Shown: one piece after another, positions 55,862 to 64,000 of the stretch | Layout: each line of letters opens with the position of its first letter | How positions within the stretch are numbered: the stretch's first letter is position 1 | Source: an uncultured Nitrososphaeraceae archaeon | GTDB taxonomy: Archaea; Thermoproteota; Nitrososphaeria; Nitrososphaerales; Nitrososphaeraceae | Length of the DNA: 64,000 nt | Assembly: GCA_963779615.1 (NCBI GenBank) | Contig: CAVZZA010000003.1 | Span: 768,001 to 832,000, forward strand | Reading direction: 5' to 3' | Position numbers and translations under genes: made by a program | Notes under the pieces: model-generated | What the model saw: the letters and a program-made list of their open reading frames with translations, nothing else | Database searches by the model: none | Told to the model about the DNA's origin: nothing

Positions 55862-56528
55862 GGCTCTGTTCACTTAACCATAAGGCTAAAGCTTGAAGGA
55901 GCTCTATCCCCTTTGTGGTTAGCAGAAACAGAACACCTTCATCATACATTGGCTATGGTCTTTATTTGTACTTCTCGGGGTTGTCCTTAAGGCGTGTTTC
56001 AGAAAGATTGTCTTGCTCTGTCAAGCGAAACCACGTTTCAGTCTGGAACTGGATTCAGAAATACAAACCTAAAAGGATGTATTCAAGAAGGAAAACGATA
56101 TTCGACTTTATCATTGATGAGACATTAATCAAAGCAGGCTCGGAGTTAGTGTGGCTGTGGGTAGCCATTGAGCCAAAAAACAGGCAGATTCTCGCATTGT
56201 CAATCTCCAAGGAAAGAAACATGTTTGTTGCAGAGAGGTTTATCTCAGGATTTATCAAGATTTGCGGAAAGCATCCGGTTTCAACAGACGGTGGCACATG
56301 GTATCCACAAGATTGTGGGTTCTTGAAGATAACGCATCACATCCATTCCCCTTTGGAGAAAAGCCTGATTGAAAGGACGATGCAGTAAATCAAGGACAGG
56401 TCTGAATGCTTTGACGACTACTTTCCCTGCAGGTTGAAGAATTGCAACCTAAAGCATGTTCGGAACTGGCTGAACCTGTTTGTAGATTACCATAACAAGG
56501 AGATAAAAACGCTTAAGTGAACACAGCC
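55862..56528 (+). mobile_element. IS6 family element; transposase has a premature stop
   Basis: TIRs GGCTCTGTTCACTTAA and TTAAGTGAACACAGCC; direct repeat GTTATGAC at 55854-55861 and 56529-56536; TAA at 56386 replaces Tyr in MQYIKDR. Confidence 0.92.
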
Positions 56529-56529
56529 G

Positions 56530-56874
56530 TTATGACATAGATTGATTCATTATTCTTTTATCATATGCCTCAATTATCTTTTGTAAACCATGTTCTTCTT
56601 CCTTTGCTGCATCGATAAATTCATCTAAAAAGCTGCATTCTTTCACAATTCTGACCTTATCAAAGAAATCCTGGTTATGTAATCTCTCAAGTTCTATGAT
56701 CTCAGAAGTAGATGATTCGTTATATGCAGACTTAATTAGATTTTTTTGAATCAGTAATCGGTTATAGCGACTGGCTGCAAAATAGCGCCTAAAGAGATTC
56801 AACCTCTCCTTCTTACCGATCCTCTCAAGTTCTCCTTTATCAGGGAATTTAAAATCAATCATCTTGTTGGTCAA
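56530..56874 (-). CDS. Hypothetical helical protein
   Basis: 114-aa ORF (RRYFAASRYNRLLIQ); its stop codon lies in the IS6 target repeat. Confidence 0.7.
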   Translation of the reverse strand: MTNKMIDFKFPDKGELERIGKKERLNLFRRYFAASRYNRLLIQKNLIKSAYNESSTSEIIELERLHNQDFFDKVRIVKECSFLDEFIDAAKEEEHGLQKIIEAYDKRIMNQSMS

Positions 56875-57044
56875 CCGTAAGCAAATCTTGGTACTATCGC
56901 CTAATCAATATTTTCTTATTGAGTTTGGAATGGCAGATTTAAGTTGTAGTTTATTGTCAATTTCTCTTAGTATCCATTATTTGTGATATTTGATTGTAGT
57001 AAACACGTATAATTATGCCTTATCTACTTCCTCAATGGATTAAA

Positions 57045-57235
57045 ATCAAAATATGCGCAGATATGACCGTGCGAGCAGGATACTTTGACACTGGTCTGAA
57101 GGTTAGTGCTATCACCGGCCTTCTTTAGCTGTGCACTAGACTCCCAAACTGCATAGCCGATGAATGTGCCACTGCCACCAACGCCTTTGCGGAGCTGACC
57201 TGAAATGAATCCAGGCTGGCTGTTGACTAAAGGCG
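57045..57235 (-). pseudogene. Antibiotic biosynthesis monooxygenase (ABM) domain remnant
   Basis: QPGFISGQLRKGVGGSGTFIGYAVWES then KYPARTVISAHI after a shift; N-terminus missing. Confidence 0.65.
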
Positions 57236-57429
57236 TATGATGACTTTATTAAGGTGTAATAGCCGCTCTACCCACACATTAAAATTTACACATAATAACT
57301 AAAGATACACATACCTACCCATTTTCTCTTTTCCTTCCCTTTCTTCTCCTTCTTTTTGGATTCTTAGTATATCTGCACTATAATTAGTAGTTTCTACTTG
57401 TCTGAGCACCTGATACACATCTTTATTGT

Positions 57430-57552
57430 TAAAAAATTAAAAAACCTTTCCAATCTTTTTGGATATTTTTCTCTGGTTACTGGCGACTTTAGCGCAAACA
57501 GATACAGTGACCAGATATCAGGTTCACGATTATTCTCATTTTCAATCAACAC
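57430..57552 (-). pseudogene. Tyrosine integrase 5' stub 2
   Basis: LIENENNREPDIWSLYLFALKSPVTREKYPKRLERFFNFL; 57430-57498 is identical to 52310-52378 (69 bp). Confidence 0.7.
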
Positions 57553-57606
57553 TTTTTTCTTTACACCTTAATTTAGTAAAACCACTTAAAAGAACCGTTA
57601 TAGGGG

Positions 57607-57622
57607 TGGGCCCAAGGGGTTT
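57607..57622 (-). other. att-like tRNA 3'-end fragment 2 (degenerate)
   Basis: Plus strand TGGGCCCAAGGGGTTT. Confidence 0.6.
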
Positions 57623-57741
57623 AGTAATAGATATATTACGAATCCAAATGCAAAAATAAGGCCACATTTCTTTTTATATGGATTAATAATTCAAAAAATC
57701 AAGTAAAACAGGGAGTTTTTATCCAATAACCTATTACTATA

Positions 57742-58737
57742 ATGATGGATGAGTTAACACTCAAACAATTGAGGGGCTCTAATTTTTATTCCCCAGAAAT
57801 TATTGATCTTGTTTTTGATTCCAATAAAATGGTGGAAATTATAACAGACTGGGTCAATATTGCCGAAAAAGGATTTGATACGCTATGGGATCCAATTATG
57901 TTTGATTTTTTATGTAAATACTGTAGAGAGGGTATGTACCTAGCTAAAAGACAGATCAAGGAAAAAGGTATCAAAATACGAATGATTACCGAAACAACAA
58001 AAGAAAATCTCGGTTTCATAGACTCCCTGAATTGTCCTAATATGAGACATTTAGATGGCATTAGGGGCAACTTTGGAATTTTTGATCAACGAGCTTACAT
58101 GGTATACATTTTTCATAAAGAAAATGAAAAACCCGATCAAGCTCTTTGGAATAATTCAAAAGTTTTAGTGGACCAACAGCAAATTCTTTTTAACAAGCTA
58201 TGGAAAATATCAATTCCATTTTCTACTAGAAAAACAGAATTAGAGAATGCCGAAAACCCTCCCCGGAAAAAAATTTTTACAGACTATAAAGATATTCAGC
58301 AGGAACTAGTTTCAATAGTAGAACAGTGCAGAAAGGAACTTTGGATATTTTCTTCTACCAAATTATTTAATCACGTTATAAACAAAAACAATTTCCTGAA
58401 ATACTCTAACACACTTTTAAAAAAAGACATACGGGTCAAAATTCTATTTGATGGTATTGACCTAAACATACTGAAACAAATCCGTGAAATAAATAATACA
58501 ACTAGCAGTAATCAAATCCAAATCGGCTATACAAACAAGTTGGGAAATTTTAATGAACTGGTAGTAATAAATGACCAAAAATCTGTATTGAAGATAAAAT
58601 ATGACAATACCTTAAATCTAGGTGCTTCAGTATCAAATGAAGAACACCAAATAGTCTTGCAAGGTATCCTATTTGAAAAATATTGGAATGAGATAGAAAG
58701 TCTATCATCATTAAATAACATGACTAAAGGAGATTAA
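57742..58737 (+). CDS. Tandem TrmB-effector/PLD-like domain protein resembling the N-terminal region of thaumarchaeal histidine kinases, without kinase domain
   Basis: GIKIRMITE.TKENL, RHLDGIRGNFGIFD, VDQQQILFNKLW; second repeat IRVKIL...VVIND...LFEKYWNE. Confidence 0.7.
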   Translation: MMDELTLKQLRGSNFYSPEIIDLVFDSNKMVEIITDWVNIAEKGFDTLWDPIMFDFLCKYCREGMYLAKRQIKEKGIKIRMITETTKENLGFIDSLNCPNMRHLDGIRGNFGIFDQRAYMVYIFHKENEKPDQALWNNSKVLVDQQQILFNKLWKISIPFSTRKTELENAENPPRKKIFTDYKDIQQELVSIVEQCRKELWIFSSTKLFNHVINKNNFLKYSNTLLKKDIRVKILFDGIDLNILKQIREINNTTSSNQIQIGYTNKLGNFNELVVINDQKSVLKIKYDNTLNLGASVSNEEHQIVLQGILFEKYWNEIESLSSLNNMTKGD

Positions 58738-58829
58738 ACTCCTGATAAATCACCGGTAATGATGACCACTCTTTCTTGTTGATATCTTGCAAATGCAAGC
58801 AACATTCCTTCAAACTTGTCACCGTTCTT

Positions 58830-59190
58830 TTAAATTGTAATTATAATTTTCCAGTTAATTATAATTCCATTCATTTCACAAAATAGCTTGACAGGTTTAA
58901 GATAGTTCTTTATGGTCTCTGTCGATATTTCTTTTCTTTCATCTCTTTGGTTTTGTACAGTAAAGAATTTGATAAGTTCGCCTTCCAACCAACTAACTCC
59001 CCTTTCTATAATCAGTCCATAAAATGAATTGGACTTTTCTTCGATTGATAAATCTTTGATTTGTAAATAATCAAGAAAAACTTTTAATCTTTTAGGGTAA
59101 TGCCTTTTTGATTCTGATGACCTCAAAGCATAGATAAATTTGATGAGGAGAAAGGCCTGCATTCTCACAGACTTGAGTAGTTGATGAAGA
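58830..59190 (-). pseudogene. Tyrosine integrase N-terminal fragment (stub 3)
   Basis: FIYALRS.ESKR.YPKRL...EIS.ETIKNYLKPVKLFCEMN.I.INWK core-binding-like domain; catalytic domain absent. Confidence 0.75.
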
Positions 59191-59263
59191 CGATGGGGAA
59201 GAGAGCAAAGTCATTTAATTACAATAGATTTAGTGTGGGCCTTTAAAAACGAACAGATGTATT

Positions 59264-59287
59264 ATGGGCCCAAGGGGGTTTGAACCC
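59264..59287 (-). other. att-like tRNA 3'-end fragment 3
   Basis: Minus strand GGG-TTCAAAC-CCCCT-TGGGCCC-A: T-arm, acceptor 3' strand and discriminator; no 5' half of a tRNA present. Confidence 0.75.
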
Positions 59288-59409
59288 TATATGATTGGTG
59301 GTTAAATAGTTTCTCTTATCAACATTTCAAGAATTCACCATATTGTTTTATAAAGAATTGAAAAGAAGAGTTCACATTATATTCTCAAATATGTTTCCTA
59401 ATACTATTT

Positions 59410-59874
59410 TCACTTTTTTTTGTTAATCTTATCAGGAACTACTGATTCCTTTGTCTGTTGGTTTAATTGTATTAAGACATCGGATATCGGAATATCAAAC
59501 TCATATGCCATTTGAAGTATTTCATCTATTTTGGATACAAATTCTTTTTCGCCTATTTCAAGTTGAAAGCTATAAACATTGATCTCTTCAAGCAATGATT
59601 CTAATTTCTCTTCTGGTAATCCTATTCTATCCAATACTTTTTTTAGTCTAACGGATGAAGCAAAATGATTTACGTCAAGACCTTCTTTTTTTAACACTAA
59701 AGCAAGCCCCCTCATCAAGTCAATGTCAGGAATGTCTTTTCTGGCCTGTTGATGGATATCCGTTACAGTCCCCGCACCAATGCCGTTGTTTTCTGCTATT
59801 TTGTTACGGGTAAATCCCTGGAGCCACTCATTTAATACCTTTGTTTTTATTGACTGGGGAATTTTGGCAACCAT
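59410..59874 (-). CDS. HTH-containing protein, probably C-terminally truncated
   Basis: WLQGFTRNKIAENNGIGAGTVTDI helix-turn-helix followed by helical region; ends in an A-run. Confidence 0.7.
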   Translation of the reverse strand: MVAKIPQSIKTKVLNEWLQGFTRNKIAENNGIGAGTVTDIHQQARKDIPDIDLMRGLALVLKKEGLDVNHFASSVRLKKVLDRIGLPEEKLESLLEEINVYSFQLEIGEKEFVSKIDEILQMAYEFDIPISDVLIQLNQQTKESVVPDKINKKK

Positions 59875-59974
59875 TATTTATTTTAACAATTTATTAACTA
59901 CCGAAGTATATAAAATATAAAAAAAATATGGGTTGAAACATTATGCTTTGATTGTGCTTGTAATGTGAAGTCAT

Positions 59975-60094
59975 CATTTGACCACCATTTGACCACCATT
60001 TGACCACCATTTGACCACCATTTGACCACCATTTGACCACCATTTGACCACCATTTGACCACCATTTGACCACCATTTGACCACCATTTGACCA
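59975..60094. repeat. Perfect tandem repeat, 11-bp unit CATTTGACCAC, about 10.9 copies
   Basis: Directly visible; no spacers. Confidence 0.97.
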
Positions 60095-60569
60095 TATTAA
60101 AGTATTTGACGCTATTGCAGAGTATAAAACCATCATGAACAAATGAACATATTGATCTTAACAACGGGTTAGTAATATAGACGCTTAAAGGCTAATTTAC
60201 AAGGATATCATAAAGTTTTTGCCATAATGAATGGGTTCATAATCTAGTTAATGTAATTAATGCATAGTCACAAAAAATCTTCCACTTATAATGCTGCCAT
60301 ATGATCAGAATATAACAATAAACAAAGATGACCAATTTTACAATCGCCATAAAAATCACAATTATCATAAAGCCTTTTCCATGGTTAAAATAAAAACACC
60401 ATAGTCCAATTCAATGGCAGAGGTACAGGGTATATTGTCATATTGCTTTGATGCGAACGTGTACTGACTCTCACCTGATATAAAACACAGAGAATTTTTC
60501 CAAAATGCAAATGTTGAACTAGAGTTTGACACCATACTCAAGCACCACATATTCTATAATTACAAAAAA

Positions 60570-60842
60570 TTATGGGGCTAATGTTGTTTTGCTGTTCCAC
60601 TGCACGGTCCATTTTTTTAAGTAGAGGATAACCAAAATCGCATAAACCAAAAGTTTGACGGGAATTGAAAATGGAAAGGGAACAAGAAATGAAACAGGAA
60701 TGTTTATTACCCATATCAGTAGCAAAATCAACAAGAACCTTCTTAGTTTCTCTATCCTATATGCGGCCCACAAATTCAGAATGGGAATTACTGAAAACAC
60801 CATCTGTTCTCTGACGCTTATGATCTTGCTTTTAGTTTCCAT
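60570..60842 (-). CDS. Small membrane protein
   Basis: 90 aa with 2-3 hydrophobic segments (WAAYRIEKLR...KKWT..WN). Confidence 0.65.
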   Translation of the reverse strand: METKSKIISVREQMVFSVIPILNLWAAYRIEKLRRFLLILLLIWVINIPVSFLVPFPFSIPVKLLVYAILVILYLKKWTVQWNSKTTLAP

Positions 60843-61415
60843 TTATTTTTTCATCATGCCCATTTCATTGATTTATAGAGCCCCTTTATTTTAAATGCTT
60901 GATGTTAATGCTCTTTGAAAGGTTAAAACAACAGAGTTTGTTTTATGCATCCAAACAGCAATCATTTTTGTCAAATCATAATCAGTGTTACTATCCACAA
61001 TAAATAATTGATCTTATTCAGCATCATCAAAAAGAGTATCCCTAGCGGCAAATCTACAAACATACACCCATCTTCTGTAAAAAAACCCAATCCAATGCGG
61101 GAAGGGGAAGCTGACACGTGCATGAAAATATTGGGTCAGCTGGCATCAAAACCAACCAAGGTTTTCAATCTTTGCACCATTACCAAGGCATGCCTAGCCA
61201 TCGTAGAGGAAAGTGTTTGAACCCAGGCAAAGAGGTTTCTTTTTGGGAGAACAATCATCTTATGCATATAGGTAGGTTATGCCTGTGACACAACACAAAA
61301 AAACACCATTATCTGTGTTTGATGGTGACAACTTTCCCCCTTTTTAATTTTTTTCAAAAAACTATGAATATCAAGTACAATTTATGTACATCGGTTTTTA
61401 ATATTCTCTCTATAC

Positions 61416-62060
61416 ATGGCCTTACCAATGGAACTACTGAATTTTATCAACAGCGCCTTCATAATTCCCGATAACTTTTTCAACAAGGTTTTAACCTCTA
61501 GCATCCAGTTATTGGCAGTTGTTGAGCCTTTTGGGATAATACCAATATTGATAAACCTAACAAAGGAGATGGAAAAGGAAACAAGCAAGGCACTGTCAAA
61601 AACCGCCGCCGTAACATCTGCGCTGTTATTGATGGTTTTCGGAATCGCGGGAACACAAATTTTATCGACCTTTGGAATCACAGTTAGCAGTTTCATGGTT
61701 GCCGGAGGAGCTTTATTGTTTATAGTATCTTTGGAGATAATGAGGCACGGTGAATTGAGAAACATAAAGAATGAACTAAACAACACAGGGGTTGTGCCCA
61801 TTGCTTTTCCCCTGATAGCTGGACCTGGGGCCATTACCTCGGTAATGATTTCCCATCAGAATGACGGACCCATAGTGACAGTAATATCAATAATAATCGT
61901 AATCAGCATAACCTACCTTGTATTGCGTTTGATTAAGCCAATTTACAGGGTTTTGGGAAACAGAGGCTCTGAAGTGATTTCCAGGATTTTCGCGGTCATA
62001 TTAGCGGCGATTGCAATCCAGTACATAGTAGAGGGCTTGAGAAATATTATCATACGATAG
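61416..62060 (+). CDS. MarC family integral membrane protein
   Basis: EPFGIIP, FGI..SSFMVAGG, VPIAFPLIAGPGAI, RIFAVILAAIA. Confidence 0.93.
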   Translation: MALPMELLNFINSAFIIPDNFFNKVLTSSIQLLAVVEPFGIIPILINLTKEMEKETSKALSKTAAVTSALLLMVFGIAGTQILSTFGITVSSFMVAGGALLFIVSLEIMRHGELRNIKNELNNTGVVPIAFPLIAGPGAITSVMISHQNDGPIVTVISIIIVISITYLVLRLIKPIYRVLGNRGSEVISRIFAVILAAIAIQYIVEGLRNIIIR

Positions 62061-62514
62061 CAAGCAAGCAAGCAAACATGCAAACAATCACGAGTCCTGC
62101 GGCCATCCTTCTATATTTGGCAATGTTTTGCTTGTTTGGAATTTTTTTTCTTTTTTTTCAGATTTATCTTGAAAACCAACTTCCAGCCTTTACAGCATCA
62201 CAAACAAAGGATTTCCATGCAAAATGATTTCTTCAGCAACTTAGTTAGATCGACAAAAAGTTTCATCATCATAAATAATTCCAATCCCATAGGAAACCAT
62301 CTGCATTGCTTGCTTCTAGCTCAATGAGGAAAAAAACGGTCAATGGTGCCTAGGCATACACGTATTCGCAAACACAGCTATGCATGCACACGCGCGCGCA
62401 CAAACCGTCAGCCTCATAAAAACAAACAAATTACTTTTCACTGGTAAAGGAAAATAGATACAAAACTCATCACAAATTCCTTCAATTTATTCGGGATTCA
62501 AAACCACCACCAAA

Positions 62515-62991
62515 ATGAAAAATATCCGGCTCCAATATCAAATTAAAATACCAACCTGCGCCAAAGACCATGTGACACTAATTTCAGCCAGCAGGGACAT
62601 TGACTCCACAGTAGATAAGGTATGGAATGTTATTTCGGATACAGACAGAGATCCCGAGTATTGGCATGGGACAAGATCTGTGAAAAACATCAAAAAGGAG
62701 GGTAACGTGATAGAGAGGGAAACGGTAATCGCATTTAAAGAATCAAAGTGTAGAGAAATAGTAACACTGTACGATAAAAATCAAATTACAACAGAGATAA
62801 TTGATGGGCCTGTTATTGGGAAAAAAATTGTTACACTGGAAAAAATAGACGAAAACAAGTCAAGGATAAACGTAAAATGGGACATACATGTGAAGGGTTA
62901 TGCCGGGTTATTTTCATTTTTTGTAAAAAAACACATTTTGAAAGGAACCAAAGAGGCACTTGCCAGAATAGCAAACAAGGCGGTAGAATAA
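62515..62991 (+). CDS. SRPBCC/polyketide cyclase family protein
   Basis: IDSTVDKVWNVISD...PEYW; C-terminal helix EALARI; start may be GTG 62572. Confidence 0.85.
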   Translation: MKNIRLQYQIKIPTCAKDHVTLISASRDIDSTVDKVWNVISDTDRDPEYWHGTRSVKNIKKEGNVIERETVIAFKESKCREIVTLYDKNQITTEIIDGPVIGKKIVTLEKIDENKSRINVKWDIHVKGYAGLFSFFVKKHILKGTKEALARIANKAVE

Positions 62992-63235
62992 CAGAGCAAT
63001 TAATTAAATCAAACATATCAAAACAATATACAAAAGGCAATCTCATAAACAGGGCAATTGTTTATGCACATGTAAAAAAATTTAGGATAAACGCAGCAAA
63101 GTTTTCCAGCACAAAATGATAAGGGTAGAGAAAAAATGCAGCAAAGACAACAATGCCCTTTAAAGTTTAGAAATAAAAACAAAACACATTCTCCTTCTTT
63201 ATTGAAGGAACAAAAATAATTGGGTGAGCTATACT

Positions 63236-64000
63236 TTAAAGTATATGGCTTCCCATGTTTTTACTGCCGTTAGGGCCGTTGTTTTTTGAATTTATTTTCA
63301 TTTTTTCTTTTGCTCTAACAAAGTGATTCAGGGTTATTTTGAATTTTTCTAAATCTTGTTTTTCCATTTTAGGACTGGTGCTGTTTTTGCTATCGTTGTT
63401 GTTTTGCTCCTTAATTTTTGCATGCGCAGCTAGAAAGTCTCTCAACGCTATGACGGAGGCCGAATTAACCAATCCTTCAATCTCTGCGCCAGTAAATCCA
63501 GCAGTTAATTCCAGCATCTTGTCAACCGACAATGACTTATTGTCGATGGGTTTCTTTTTAGTGTGGATTTGTATTATTTGTTTCCTGGAATCAGCATCGG
63601 GAACTGGAATCTCTATGACTTTATCAAAACGCCCGGGTCTTAACAGTGCGTCATCTATAATATCAACCCTATTTGTTGCGCCAATAACCACAACACCATT
63701 AAGAATTTCTAACCCATCCAACTCCGTTAGCATTTGGCTCATCATCCTTTCAGTCACACCACTACCCGGCCCTCCAATTTCAGATCCTCTTCTTTGAGCT
63801 ATTGCATCCAATTCGTCAAAAAATACTATACATGGAGCAGCCTGTTTTGCTTTTCTGAAAACCTCCCGTATACCCTTTTCTGACTCGCCAACCCATTTGG
63901 ACAGTAATTCAGGGCCTTTAATGCTAATGAAGTTAGCCTCCGAATTGGAGGCCACAGCCTTGGCAAGCAGGGTTTTACCTGTTCCGGGTGGACCATAAAG
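63236..64000 (-). CDS. cdc48: CDC48/VCP-family AAA ATPase, C-terminal part (runs off the window)
   Basis: [49 protein letters not shown]. Confidence 0.93.
   Translation of the reverse strand, partial: LYGPPGTGKTLLAKAVASNSEANFISIKGPELLSKWVGESEKGIREVFRKAKQAAPCIVFFDELDAIAQRRGSEIGGPGSGVTERMMSQMLTELDGLEILNGVVVIGATNRVDIIDDALLRPGRFDKVIEIPVPDADSRKQIIQIHTKKKPIDNKSLSVDKMLELTAGFTGAEIEGLVNSASVIALRDFLAAHAKIKEQNNNDSKNSTSPKMEKQDLEKFKITLNHFVRAKEKMKINSKNNGPNGSKNMGSHIL

Noticed and set aside
57459-57659. 66-aa plus-strand ORF
   Set aside because: Antisense of integrase stub 2 and its att
59264-59340. Complete tRNA gene
   Set aside because: Only the T-arm and acceptor 3' strand are present; no D-arm, anticodon arm or 5' acceptor strand
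59975-60094. Possible CRISPR array
   Set aside because: Head-to-tail 11-bp units with no spacers and no cas genes
59894-60164. ORFs with repeating WSNGGQMVVKW
   Set aside because: Translations of the stop-free 11-bp DNA repeat; no other evidence of coding

Overview
AT-rich archaeal chromosomal window. The gene content suggests a soil ammonia-oxidising archaeon (Nitrososphaeraceae, Nitrosocosmicus-like); this is inferred from family resemblance, not from a marker gene. It is an accessory, stress-related region encoding PspA plus PspAA, glycosyltransferases, oxidoreductases, USPs, an aquaporin, transporters, a Cache-type histidine kinase, an atypical class III nucleotidyl cyclase fusion, a soluble PQQ glucose dehydrogenase and a partial CDC48. 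Mobile DNA includes one IS5, three full-length IS6 copies with 8-bp target duplications and several IS remnants, and there are more than a dozen decayed genes. The most unusual structure is at about 52.3-60.1 kb: three co-oriented modules, each a tRNA-3'-end-like att sequence followed by a truncated tyrosine-integrase 5' stub (two are absent from the ORF track), separated by cargo genes. They lie next to an HTH/coiled-coil gene and a perfect 11-bp tandem array. No complete tRNA, rRNA or CRISPR array was seen.
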